Source: a virus (taxonomy: Duplodnaviria > Caudoviricetes). From it: a stretch of 64,000 bases of DNA. Positions 10,702 through 19,842 of this stretch are shown here, in pieces (position 1 is the stretch's first letter; each line of letters starts with the position of its first letter). The notes under the pieces were generated by a model. That model did not search any database, was not told the origin of the DNA, and saw nothing but the letters and a program-made list of their open reading frames with translations. The position numbers were made by a program, and so were the translations under genes. The stretch lies in IMG/VR virus record IMGVR_UViG_3300028832_000097, positions 96,001 to 160,000 of that record; one strand, written 5' to 3'.

Positions 10702-11733
10702 TCAAAATTCAGTCCGTGTGAAATCTTTAAGATATTGATTGATTGCATCCTTTGCGTCCCTCAAACTCCAAGTTTCTACATAATACTTCCAAGTATTATC
10801 ATCTCCGGGTATTGGTTTGATTGCAAATTCATATTTGTTCTTCTGTTCATAAGAATCATAATAAGTATCTGCGGAAGTAACATAAGGACGAATTGCTTCC
10901 GGTAAGCTCAACAGAAGTTTTCTATCTCCATAGAAACGTTCATTCACCTGTATCTTAGACGCTTGGACATGTCGATTCAATTCATAAGCAGTATCGTACA
11001 TCTTCTGCTTAGCACGCTTATAGTTCACTTCTGCATTCTTATCAAAATCAGCTGCAGGATTTATCTTGATTATAGTTTTGCAAATCTTCCATACCGAACG
11101 CCCGCTGTTATCTACATACAAGAATTTATAACTATGATAGTATGTGAATTTATCATATTTCGCTGTATACGAATCGGATATCTGTAAATTTATGTCGCTA
11201 TATTTATCAATCAACTGAAGCTTATAGTCGTCCAATTTCTTGTCTACAAATGTAGCAAGCTCAGTTACATCAACATCATCATGTAAATCAGAACCTGCAC
11301 CACCTCGAACATCTACACATAACGCAACAAATTGTTTAGAAGAATCCCAAGAATCATAGATAGTACCATTTATGATTGGCAGTATATGATTTGTTCTTCC
11401 GCGTTTTGCACGATCTTCAGTAGGTGAAGTAATTACTAACCAAGTACCGTTGGGGTGTGCATTTGCAAACTCCTCTACCGTACTAATAACCCCACCTGGA
11501 GGTGTTGTAATCTTATCACCACGACGCTGTATGAATTTGAAATATACGTCATGCTCGTTGTAAGCATAGCCACCGACATCTCGCTTAATTTTATTTAACT
11601 CAGAAGCTACTTCATCATAATCCATGCGGTATGCAAGACTTAGACCACGCTTAACACAATCGCCTACAGACTTTCCTCGAGTGTTTGCATTATAATAAAC
11701 TAAATCGGAACCTAAGATAACTACTTTAGCCAT
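10702..11733 (-). CDS. Hypothetical phage protein (N-terminal YYNAN...GDCVKR domain)
   Basis: GDCV.R...H...I..G.IYDSWDS pattern suggests a Cys/His/Asp papain-like domain; start moved to MAKVV (AAGGAG SD). Confidence 0.5.
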   Translation of the reverse strand: MAKVVILGSDLVYYNANTRGKSVGDCVKRGLSLAYRMDYDEVASELNKIKRDVGGYAYNEHDVYFKFIQRRGDKITTPPGGVISTVEEFANAHPNGTWLVITSPTEDRAKRGRTNHILPIINGTIYDSWDSSKQFVALCVDVRGGAGSDLHDDVDVTELATFVDKKLDDYKLQLIDKYSDINLQISDSYTAKYDKFTYYHSYKFLYVDNSGRSVWKICKTIIKINPAADFDKNAEVNYKRAKQKMYDTAYELNRHVQASKIQVNERFYGDRKLLLSLPEAIRPYVTSADTYYDSYEQKNKYEFAIKPIPGDDNTWKYYVETWSLRDAKDAINQYLKDFTRTEF

Positions 11734-12118
11734 TGCATGCACACTCCTTGTGATCCATATATACATATGGCTTTTCAGGTTTGTTACACTGTAGTGTATA
11801 ATCGAAATAAAGGGTTACCACAATTTCATCGTTTGTTAGTCTCACCCGATACTTGTGATATCCTGCAGATAGATTCAAAGAGTCTTTAGGAATATCTGCC
11901 CAAATATTGTGCGGTTCACGCTTAGTAGTTTCTAATATGTTTTCCGGTTCATCAATGTTACTACCTACTTCAAAGATATCTACAATATCAAAAGGTCTAG
12001 CCCAAGTAGGAAGTTCAAGATACACTGTATCTGAAATTTCATAACATGAAATTACTTCACTGTTTCCATATAATTCTGAAGATTTACGGGCAATGAATTT
12101 GATTACCGGATATTCCAT
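11726..12118 (-). CDS. Hypothetical protein
   Basis: ORF; start moved to MEYP after GGAGG. Confidence 0.55.
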   Translation of the reverse strand: MEYPVIKFIARKSSELYGNSEVISCYEISDTVYLELPTWARPFDIVDIFEVGSNIDEPENILETTKREPHNIWADIPKDSLNLSAGYHKYRVRLTNDEIVVTLYFDYTLQCNKPEKPYVYMDHKECACNG

Positions 12119-12120
12119 AA

Positions 12121-12387
12121 TCAGAAACCTCCAATTATCCAACGTTTGTTAGGATCTGCTGCACGATTATCTGAAAGAACTTGATAGCCGTTGGCTTCAA
12201 GTGCATCTTTTAAAGTATCAGGCATCTCTTTAGACCAGACTACAGTATGTGCACCAGTGTTTGCTGCTGTGTTGATCAAATAAGCAGCTTCCATCTCATA
12301 TTGATCTTCAATTGCACCATCAGCAACAGTCTTGACAGCACTAGCAAGTTTGAGTTCATGTAATTCATCTTTTGGAATAAGGCTCAT
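12121..12387 (-). CDS. Hypothetical protein
   Basis: ORF; start moved to MSLIPK after GGAGG. Confidence 0.6.
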   Translation of the reverse strand: MSLIPKDELHELKLASAVKTVADGAIEDQYEMEAAYLINTAANTGAHTVVWSKEMPDTLKDALEANGYQVLSDNRAADPNKRWIIGGF

Positions 12388-12431
12388 AAATAACCTCCAA
12401 TTAGAGTTGATATAATTAGTAAAGGTTAAAA

Positions 12432-13050
12432 TTGGAGTTTTCAAATATAAGAAAAGCAAGTGTGCTGGAAGCAGCTTTCACCAATAAGGAGTGCTTCCAG
12501 CGGAATACTCAATCGCACTTGCAACGACCGGCTTTCATTTGCAGTTAGCTCGCACCTTACCACTCGACGTTAGTATTTCATTCCGCCTTTGCGCTACGTG
12601 GTATAGGACTTGGTGCGGATGACAGGACTTGAACCTGCACGCCTTGCGGCACGAGAACCTAAATCTCGCATGTCTGCGAATTCCATCACATCCGCGTTTA
12701 AATCTGCCTACTCCCCACCGGGTTTGCGACAATGCGTAACCTCCGGTGGCTTTCGGCAAGGGCTCAACCCTTTTTGTCAGAGTTATCAGTCATGTCTCTG
12801 AGTTCCCGATAGCTCTAGACTGTATTTCGCAAGCACGGTGTTGACGATGAAGAGCCCAACCTCTTCTGGCAGGATATCTCACCCTGGAGTTCCCTTTGTC
12901 TCATTTATATACCGCAAGTATAAGGTGGGTGGACTGTTGCAACAGTCCAGTGCGGATTGGTACAGGACTACCCTCCCGTTGCAACGATTAACTCCACACG
13001 AACTTGTCTATCGGATTACTCCTGTATCGCTAAGAGTAGAGGTTTGTCCT
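12432..13050 (-). ncRNA. Candidate large structured RNA(s) flanking tRNA-Leu(TAG)
   Basis: GC-richer non-coding stretch with many complementary segments (GCGGAAU/AUUCCGC, GCUGGAAGCA/UGCUUCCAGC, GCAAGUG/CACUUGC, CCACCGG/CCGGUGG, UGGACUGUUGCAACAGUCCA). Confidence 0.4.
12611..12695 (-). tRNA. tRNA-Leu(TAG)
   Basis: GCGGATG...CATCCGC-A-CCA acceptor, CGAGA-TTTAGGT-TCTCG anticodon arm, long variable arm, GGTTCAAGTCC T-arm. Confidence 0.95.
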
Positions 13051-13052
13051 GT

Positions 13053-13149
13053 TGGTGAAGTAGGCAGGAGTTGAACCTGCAATTCTACAATATGTTTTGA
13101 TCACATATAACGAGACACATCCGGCGTTTCCCTATTTCGCCACTACTTC
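13053..13149 (-). tRNA. tRNA-like element with non-canonical anticodon region
   Basis: Perfect GAAGTAG/CTACTTC acceptor plus ACCA, D-arm and GCAGG-TTCAACT-CCTGC T-arm; the 43-nt middle has no normal anticodon arm. Confidence 0.6.
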
Positions 13150-13184
13150 ATGTTGATAATAGTACTTAGGTACATAACCAAGGT

Positions 13185-13682
13185 TTACTTCAACCCTAGA
13201 AATATAGGTTCAACCAATTTTCTATATTCGTCTACTCCATGATCTATTTTATCTAAGAGCAACGGCATTGTAGCGTCCTCAATCGCACAACAAATTCTCA
13301 TGAGCAATTTTGCTGCTTCAGGTGTTACCTCAAATTCTGGATAATTACCTTTACCGTCATGATTGAATTTACCTGAACGATTATCCGCTAAGAAGCCATA
13401 CAACTCTTTCACATAATCGCTATTTGTATCACCCATGAAACAAAATAGGTTGTTGTGTAACATCTCCTTACTAGGTTTTTTAGTCTTTGGCTTGAGCGTG
13501 AAATCGTCTGCTGCTTGAATCCACTTTGCTACAGAAGTTATCCACCCATTGACATCATCTGGTCGAATATCTGAATACATGAGAAGTTTGATAATATGTT
13601 CAATGATAACACTAGAGTAAGATCTCATAAGAGATCCTGCTCTGTCTTTGTCGGTAGACATAGCTAATATGTATCGTTTCAT
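13185..13682 (-). CDS. DUF29-like protein with MKRYI leader
   Basis: IIEHIIKLL...GWITSV..W resembles the DUF29 core; N-terminus MKRYILAM. Confidence 0.45.
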   Translation of the reverse strand: MKRYILAMSTDKDRAGSLMRSYSSVIIEHIIKLLMYSDIRPDDVNGWITSVAKWIQAADDFTLKPKTKKPSKEMLHNNLFCFMGDTNSDYVKELYGFLADNRSGKFNHDGKGNYPEFEVTPEAAKLLMRICCAIEDATMPLLLDKIDHGVDEYRKLVEPIFLGLK

Positions 13683-13854
13683 TTTTACATGCCCTCCTTA
13701 TTGGTACTAGATTTTTAAGAGAGAACCTAGCAAACTCCTGCAAGTTATGAAGCAACTACCACCTTGCTACGGCCCATATTATTTATATAGCACTCCAAAC
13801 CTCTTAATGAAGAGTAATCCCGTCAGATTGGTTGCATGGCCATCCGAGTGCTTA

Positions 13855-13930
13855 TGGTGTTCCAGAGGCGACTCGAACGCCCGACCCATTGATTAAAAGT
13901 CAATTGCTCTACCGACTGAGCTACTGGAGC
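13855..13930 (-). tRNA. tRNA-Lys(TTT)
   Basis: 76 nt; TAGCTCAGTCGGTAGAGC D-arm, ATTGA-CTTTTAA-TCAAT anticodon arm, GTTCGAGT T-loop, CCA. Confidence 0.95.
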
Positions 13931-14029
13931 ATAAATGCCATTTGTTTTCTTTTCAAAAACTACTGCCGATGGCTCGACGGAGAGTAGGTTTTCATCTCTC
14001 GTGATCTCCGCAAAGATCACCCGCTATCC

Positions 14030-14106
14030 TGGTCTCCTGGACGGGAGTCGAACCCGTAAAACTCGGATTTTAAATCCGATACCTATGCCAATTCGGTTAC
14101 CAGGAG
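14030..14106 (-). tRNA. tRNA-Leu(TAA), short variable loop
   Basis: CTCCTGG/CCAGGAG acceptor, TCGGA-TTTAAAA-TCCGA anticodon arm, GGTTCGACTCC, CCA. Confidence 0.9.
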
Positions 14107-14215
14107 ATGTAACTGGCTGTAACAGTAAGGGAGAAAGTAGTCCAGAGAACCCTTGCTACGAATTTCACGCAGATCTTAAGAAAGAAGACACCGTTCATCT
14201 ACAGGAAGAACGATG

Positions 14216-14289
14216 TGGTCGGAGTGACAGGATTTAAACCTGCGCCCTCATGCTCCCAAAGCACGCGCTATCAGCTGCGCCACACCCCG
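14216..14289 (-). tRNA. tRNA-Pro(TGG), slightly degenerate D and T loops
   Basis: CGGGGTG/CACTCCG acceptor, CGTGC-TTTGGGA-GCATG anticodon arm, T-loop TTTAAAT, shortened D-arm, CCA. Confidence 0.8.
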
Positions 14290-14293
14290 ATGA

Positions 14294-14447
14294 TTACTAC
14301 CAAATGACTTTGGCCATTTGTAAACTAATTACTCAATCCTGGTTAGGCTCAGTTCAAGGCAGAGCTTCCAATAACGGCCTCACTTGTAATCCTTTAATTG
14401 AGTGATTACCTAACAGTTCACAAATAACCAGAGTCATCTGGTAGTAA
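14294..14447 (-). ncRNA. Candidate pseudoknotted long-hairpin RNA
   Basis: 33-bp outer stem with 4 G-U pairs on the minus strand, 12-bp inner stem, and a 7-bp GUUAGGU/GCCUAAC cross-pairing. Confidence 0.5.
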
Positions 14448-14552
14448 AAATGTCAGCAAACTTTAGAGAACTTTGTACTAGTATTATCATACAAGAGAAA
14501 TGTAAATCTGACATCCAAGTGCTGTTGCTTACTTGGTTTTCTTCTCTTTATG

Positions 14553-14627
14553 TGGTTGACGATGCAGGACTCGAACCTACAATAGTTGAGTCAAAGTCAA
14601 CTGTGATAACCGTTTCACTAATCGTCA
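14553..14627 (-). tRNA. tRNA-Gln(TTG)
   Basis: TGACGAT/ATCGTCA acceptor, GTTGA-CTTTGAC-TCAAC anticodon arm, GGTTCGAGTCC, CCA. Confidence 0.93.
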
Positions 14628-14913
14628 GTACATGATGCCTTTCTAAACATGTATTGAAGATGTACACAATGCAATGAGATGTGTGGTGTAGGTATCTCTT
14701 CTTAGGAGCGTGAATCGCGTTGTCATATCTTCGACTAATACATAAGCTTTCACCGGCAGTTTACGACAGATTAACGTATGAACCTGTGTTGCTATATATT
14801 TACGGATGAATATTTGAATCGACAGTACGTAAACTTCGGAGGGCAAATAATTAACAATAGAATATTAAATTGTCAAGTTACTGTGTTATACACACTATAA
14901 CGATTCGTAAAAG

Positions 14914-15198
14914 TTAACTATCATTTGATCTACTAAGCATATCTTTTATAGTAGCATTTAAGGTTTCAAACGCCTTATTAGTGCCATCATTCCAACCACG
15001 TGCATACGCATGGCTTAAAGTTTCTTCCGGATCCATTTCAATGTTGTGAGACATATCAGAATACGCAGTTAATTTTTGCAAACCGTGCTCGTCAAACACT
15101 AAGGAATTAAATCCCTTTACTTTATACAATTTATTCCCATTGTAGTCTAAATACATTTTATCAATTTCAATTATAAACTTTTTACCAACGTAACTCAT
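14914..15198 (-). CDS. Hypothetical phage protein
   Basis: ORF with GGAGG SD; LYKVKGFNSLVFDEHGLQKL motif. Confidence 0.6.
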   Translation of the reverse strand: MSYVGKKFIIEIDKMYLDYNGNKLYKVKGFNSLVFDEHGLQKLTAYSDMSHNIEMDPEETLSHAYARGWNDGTNKAFETLNATIKDMLSRSNDS

Positions 15199-15214
15199 TC
15201 AATGTACCTCCTGC

Positions 15215-16330
15215 TTAAAATAGCTTCTTAACTCTTTTTATCTGTGTATCAGGGTTTAGCCCTTTAACACGATTTACTCTATTATGAACACGCAACCTCA
15301 ATGATTCTGAATCTACATGTAGTAGTTTTGCTGCTGACTCAATGCTTTCATACCTAACACCATCAATCTCGATAGGAATTACTCTAGGATTATTTTCTGA
15401 TCTATTACTATTGAGACCAGTTGCCCATGCATGATTTACATTTTCTTGATTAGTGACCCATTCAAGATTTTCTACTCGATTATCTGTTTTAACTCCATTT
15501 TTATGATTAACCTGAGGTTTATTTTCGGGATTAGGTAGGAATGCCATCGCAACTAACCGATGTAAGAATGCATCAAATCTTGATTGGCTATCACCAGTTA
15601 GTGTTATTCTATGATAACCATCTTGGTCATAATCGGGTTCAAGTACCCTGCCATGAATAGTTATTAAATGATCTCCACGTTGTTCCTTTCGAGGACATGT
15701 GTAAAATCGACCTAGCGAAGATATCATGTACCTACCTTCGTACCCTTCAACGTATTTCCACTCTTCAGTATCTAATGTAGGAGGATGTATACCAAGTTTC
15801 AGGTTATCTGCTTCATCGTTTGACATATCTCCATCAATATGTGTGATAGGCTCATCTATCCACCCTAAAAATGTGCTTGCTACTAGCTCCTCAACCCGGT
15901 ATTCTTTATTATCAAGCATGATCTTGTTACTACAATTTATATTACCTTGCGCAATCTTAAGCAAGCTGTCTTCGGCACAAGATTTGATTCTTCCTAAATT
16001 AGATACGCTATAATGTTTGAAAATCGGTAACCAAACTTCTCCAGGTAATGATTGTATTTGAGATTCACAGGTTAAATTAGATACAGCACAATTGAACCTA
16101 TCACCATCAACATGATGTAGTTTAATCAATTTTGGATCATATGTTGGATCTACAAATAATTGATATATCAGTACATCAAGTGTAAATTCTCTGTTACTAC
16201 CATCTTTACGCAAACTAACTTTACCTGAAGAAGAGACTTTCAGCGGTGTATTCTTTCGCAGATTAATTATCTGCCCACAATCTTGAGCAAGATACAATCC
16301 TTCATATCCTAGTACAGGTAACTCAATCAT
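15215..16330 (-). CDS. NUMOD4/HNH homing endonuclease with three tandem NUMOD4-HNH-like units
   Basis: EEWKYVEGYEGRYMISSLGR; HRLVAMAFLPNPENKPQVNHKNGVKTDNRVENLEWVT. Confidence 0.85.
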   Translation of the reverse strand: MIELPVLGYEGLYLAQDCGQIINLRKNTPLKVSSSGKVSLRKDGSNREFTLDVLIYQLFVDPTYDPKLIKLHHVDGDRFNCAVSNLTCESQIQSLPGEVWLPIFKHYSVSNLGRIKSCAEDSLLKIAQGNINCSNKIMLDNKEYRVEELVASTFLGWIDEPITHIDGDMSNDEADNLKLGIHPPTLDTEEWKYVEGYEGRYMISSLGRFYTCPRKEQRGDHLITIHGRVLEPDYDQDGYHRITLTGDSQSRFDAFLHRLVAMAFLPNPENKPQVNHKNGVKTDNRVENLEWVTNQENVNHAWATGLNSNRSENNPRVIPIEIDGVRYESIESAAKLLHVDSESLRLRVHNRVNRVKGLNPDTQIKRVKKLF

Positions 16331-16336
16331 ACTAGA

Positions 16337-17329
16337 TTAAAACAACCTCTTAGTACGCCTTATCTTATTAGGATCATATGCATATTTTGTGCCAATCAGC
16401 TTCTGAATACTGTGTATATTGAAAGCAACTCGTGCTGAAGAATCATTTCTAATCTGATCCATTGTTAAATTACACGCTGCAACTTCTTGCTCAAGAATCT
16501 TAACATTATGCTCATCTGCAAGTGAAAAGAAACTCATACTTGACTTATTCCTAGTTGTCCTATCACGATCTGTCACAGAAATTACACCAAATGTAGGTGA
16601 AAGAATTTTACAGTATGCAGCAATGTGTCTGTGACTTATTGAATCCGCGGAATAACAAGGAAGCTTGCTTAACCCTTCTAACGAAGTATATCCATACAAA
16701 TGTGTTTTTACATTAGGATTAGACGAAGCATGGATCAAATCTGCACATTCTTTTAGGTAGATGTCCTTCATCGCTACGCTGGCGTCATTCGCCGGCGACA
16801 ACCCTATGTAATCTAAGGGTTCCCCATTTTCATCTGTCCATTCTAACATATCTTTCAACACCTGCATAGACTCTCCATAATGGAATACAGGCATAACTTT
16901 ATGTGGACTCTTAACTTTTGTACGCATATACAAAAAGTTTTCCCAAGATTTCTTTGCAGATTCTACATAATCTTCTGCAGATTTGGGCTGTCCAAACTTA
17001 CCTGGAATAGTATCAAGTTGTGCGCACACATCAATATCATCGTCAATACTGTTTATATAATCAATGTATGCATCTTCCCAGTCTCTGAAGGTTGGCTGTT
17101 CAGTGCTCTTCCATCCGGGTAGTTTAGCGTTACCAGTATGTATACTAAACGCACCAGAATCAATAAACAACCATCTGCAAAATCCTTCATGTTTCCACTT
17201 AATAGTTTTAGTAATTGCACTGCGATCTAACTGAGTTATGAGTATATCTAGAGGTTCAAAATCTGGGATACCTACTAAATAATCATGCATTTGCTGTGTT
17301 AATGACCCTGACATTACATATTTTTCCAA
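16337..17329 (-). CDS. tRNA-guanine transglycosylase-like (DpdA-type) base-exchange enzyme
   Basis: LFIDSGAFS, QLDTIP, MPVFHYGE, THLYG and YSADS motifs of TGT/DpdA-like TIM barrels; TTG start with GGAGG SD and its own ATCGTTA motif. Confidence 0.65.
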   Translation of the reverse strand: MEKYVMSGSLTQQMHDYLVGIPDFEPLDILITQLDRSAITKTIKWKHEGFCRWLFIDSGAFSIHTGNAKLPGWKSTEQPTFRDWEDAYIDYINSIDDDIDVCAQLDTIPGKFGQPKSAEDYVESAKKSWENFLYMRTKVKSPHKVMPVFHYGESMQVLKDMLEWTDENGEPLDYIGLSPANDASVAMKDIYLKECADLIHASSNPNVKTHLYGYTSLEGLSKLPCYSADSISHRHIAAYCKILSPTFGVISVTDRDRTTRNKSSMSFFSLADEHNVKILEQEVAACNLTMDQIRNDSSARVAFNIHSIQKLIGTKYAYDPNKIRRTKRLF

Positions 17330-17378
17330 AATCCGCTACCTCCTAATTACTTATATGTAACATAACGATTTTGATGTA

Positions 17379-17672
17379 TCAAGAATTGTAGCCCCATTCA
17401 CCCGTTACAGGGTCTAGTCCAATTGTGGAAGATCCGTCATTTCCGGATTCATTGGATGTATCATTAGTGTCAATTTGTATGGCATCAAATTTTATATTAT
17501 CGCTTAGCATAGGGCAAGTTACTAAAGACCTATGGATCTGCTTAGCATTGTTTCCACCGGCAAGATTAATCACATTGTCTTCTCTACAAACAACAAGAAA
17601 AACTTCTTCAGTATCCGCATCTTCATATAGTATTACGTCCAATCTATCTTTGATTTTTCCACCAATCTTCAT
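17379..17672 (-). CDS. Hypothetical protein
   Basis: ORF track; in operon. Confidence 0.5.
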   Translation of the reverse strand: MKIGGKIKDRLDVILYEDADTEEVFLVVCREDNVINLAGGNNAKQIHRSLVTCPMLSDNIKFDAIQIDTNDTSNESGNDGSSTIGLDPVTGEWGYNS

Positions 17673-17675
17673 AGT

Positions 17676-18452
17676 TCATACCCCATACTTGAAATCAAAT
17701 GCAAACTTCGCAAGTACCGCATGCGAAGACATTCGTCTATATTCTAACTCATTCAATGTAGATATGCATAACTTTTTAATTTCTGGATTAGTTGTTGTAT
17801 TAAGAATACAACGGAATACAAATCGCAGATTACTTTCTTCATTGTTATCATAATGCCCAAGTTTCCATGACAAATTAGAAACACTATCGTTACGTGACAA
17901 ATTAGTTATACTTTGATAATATGATAGGTGTTCTGAGGAAAGTTTAACAATATCATCTATGTCCTTAAATGACATTAATGCGCCATATATGGACATAGTT
18001 GTTAAATTTACCTTATCAGGATATTTTACAGTAAGATAATCTGTCAACTCCTGACGCGTAGGATGACCTACTGTAACTACCACAGAACGACTTACAATTG
18101 TATTAGGTATTCTGTATCTGTTAGAACATGTGATAACAATATATATGTTACTTCTAGGTTCTTCTAAGAACTTAAGCATAACATATGAAGAAGATAACTG
18201 ACCAGAATCTAGCCCTTCAATACAGACAACTACAGGAGTATCTACATTGTAGCAATTTTCAAGCATTGTGCGGAGATCAGCTACAGTAGAATTTATAGAT
18301 ACTATATCATTGATATCAAGTAACTTTCCATAATATGCAGCAAGATAGCTCTTACCACAGCCTGCAGGCCCTTCTATCAATATACTGTGGCGCTTTGAAT
18401 CTGCGCACTGCTTAAGTTCTAATATTGCAGCATCTTGACATCGTAGTATCAT
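17676..18452 (-). CDS. holB: Clamp loader delta-prime-like subunit (AAA+)
   Basis: HSILIEGPAGCGKS, MLKFLEEP, IPNTIVSRS. Confidence 0.7.
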   Translation of the reverse strand: MILRCQDAAILELKQCADSKRHSILIEGPAGCGKSYLAAYYGKLLDINDIVSINSTVADLRTMLENCYNVDTPVVVCIEGLDSGQLSSSYVMLKFLEEPRSNIYIVITCSNRYRIPNTIVSRSVVVTVGHPTRQELTDYLTVKYPDKVNLTTMSIYGALMSFKDIDDIVKLSSEHLSYYQSITNLSRNDSVSNLSWKLGHYDNNEESNLRFVFRCILNTTTNPEIKKLCISTLNELEYRRMSSHAVLAKFAFDFKYGV

Positions 18453-19363
18453 TGTAACACCTCTACTGATGGTACTTGCGAAAATTGCATCAAGCTCAAT
18501 AAGTATATTGACAAATCATATGTGTTAGCGGATATTGTGCGAGTTTTCAATACACATTCATATGCTTGCATAAACATGTTATATGTATCCTCACGACTCC
18601 AGCGTTTTGCATATTGTGTTAGTATAGATTGTGTATATGGCTGTACCTGTATTTTCTCCAATTCGATCATAGTAGACATTATGATATATAAAATATCATC
18701 ATTAGATTTCAAGTACTCATCTAGCAAACTCAGAACATATTCTAAATTTCTAGAAGCAATTCCAATTTTCAAAGACCGCTCATCGGAACCATTTGCCCCG
18801 CCAAATAGATGTTTAAGTTGAGTATCATTAAAAGTATAGAGCACTTCCGGTGCAACTTGTGACATCGCACGACATATACTAGATGCTTGAAAATAGTCGC
18901 TACTTATATCTATAGCCAGATTTATGAACCTATCTGGAAAATTAGGAAAATCAGAATGCAGATATTTAAATATGAAATTATCATTTACTTTATCAATAGA
19001 TACTGTGTAATTTGGCAGATACTTAGCTAGTTTAGCTGAAGATTTTTCATCTTGATAAATACATACAATACAACCACGTATCTTACATTTAGCAATTCTA
19101 TTAACGGAATTAACATCTAATGATTTTATAAAATCTTGATCATATCGTACTATATACACTGCAGGGTCAGGTTCAATGATATGTTTAGTTTCGAACAACT
19201 TCAATACCGCATCTACGGACGCATGCTCAATCTTGTTACCATAGACATTCACTAGCATATCTATATAACGCAACTTTATCCCATACTCTTCTCCGCAAAA
19301 TACATAGAATGATTTAGGAGTTTTATTCATTATCTCTAAACCTACTTCTTGTATTGTTCTCAT
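18449..19363 (-). CDS. holA: Clamp loader delta-like subunit
   Basis: N-terminal FYVFCGEEYGIK as in HolA; adjacent to the holB-like gene. Confidence 0.55.
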   Translation of the reverse strand: MRTIQEVGLEIMNKTPKSFYVFCGEEYGIKLRYIDMLVNVYGNKIEHASVDAVLKLFETKHIIEPDPAVYIVRYDQDFIKSLDVNSVNRIAKCKIRGCIVCIYQDEKSSAKLAKYLPNYTVSIDKVNDNFIFKYLHSDFPNFPDRFINLAIDISSDYFQASSICRAMSQVAPEVLYTFNDTQLKHLFGGANGSDERSLKIGIASRNLEYVLSLLDEYLKSNDDILYIIMSTMIELEKIQVQPYTQSILTQYAKRWSREDTYNMFMQAYECVLKTRTISANTYDLSIYLLSLMQFSQVPSVEVLQ

Positions 19364-19842
19364 CGCTGAAACAACTCCTGAAACATGTTAAAATGCATTA
19401 TGTACATGGTGCATTCATCTGCGACACCATAATATACTACTGACTCATTCAATAACGATTGTCGAAATGTTGCGGTAGATTTTATTAATTTTGGATATTT
19501 CTGAATGGTTATATTAGGGTAAAGCTCAGCAATGTCGATAGTTTCAGGTATCATACACCAAGTGTTAGATAACAACTGACTACCGTCATCTACAAACAAA
19601 ACAGGATACCGCTGACGGGCTGCAGCTTCTTCAGAAATCTTATGCCATACTTTCAAATTAAACACAATTGCGCAATTAGGTGTAATATGTGTTTTACATT
19701 CACCTAACCAATCAATTCCGCACACATCTCCAGGATACAGATGCCTAGCACCGCTTCCAGGGACAACGTTCCAGCCTAATGCTTGTGCAATCTGATGTTC
19801 TTGTTTATCACTGAAATAGCGTTTGCCCTTACTGTTAGACAC
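19360..19842 (-). CDS. Holliday junction resolvase (PD-(D/E)XK, Hjc-like)
   Basis: QEHQIA...PGSGA...GDV...LGECKT; next to recA. Confidence 0.7.
   Translation of the reverse strand: MSNSKGKRYFSDKQEHQIAQALGWNVVPGSGARHLYPGDVCGIDWLGECKTHITPNCAIVFNLKVWHKISEEAAARQRYPVLFVDDGSQLLSNTWCMIPETIDIAELYPNITIQKYPKLIKSTATFRQSLLNESVVYYGVADECTMYIMHFNMFQELFQR

Noticed and set aside
12560-14447. Theta/HDV-like or twister ribozymes next to tRNAs
   Set aside because: Could not build the required nested pseudoknots or catalytic consensus by eye; left as unassigned structured RNA
12535-14846. ORFs called across the tRNA island (12535, 12610, 12838, 13823, 13935, 14450, 14643)
   Set aside because: Overlap tRNAs or structured RNA and lack ribosome-binding sites
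14635-14860. Retron msr/msd
   Set aside because: No reverse transcriptase in the window and no clear a1/a2 repeats
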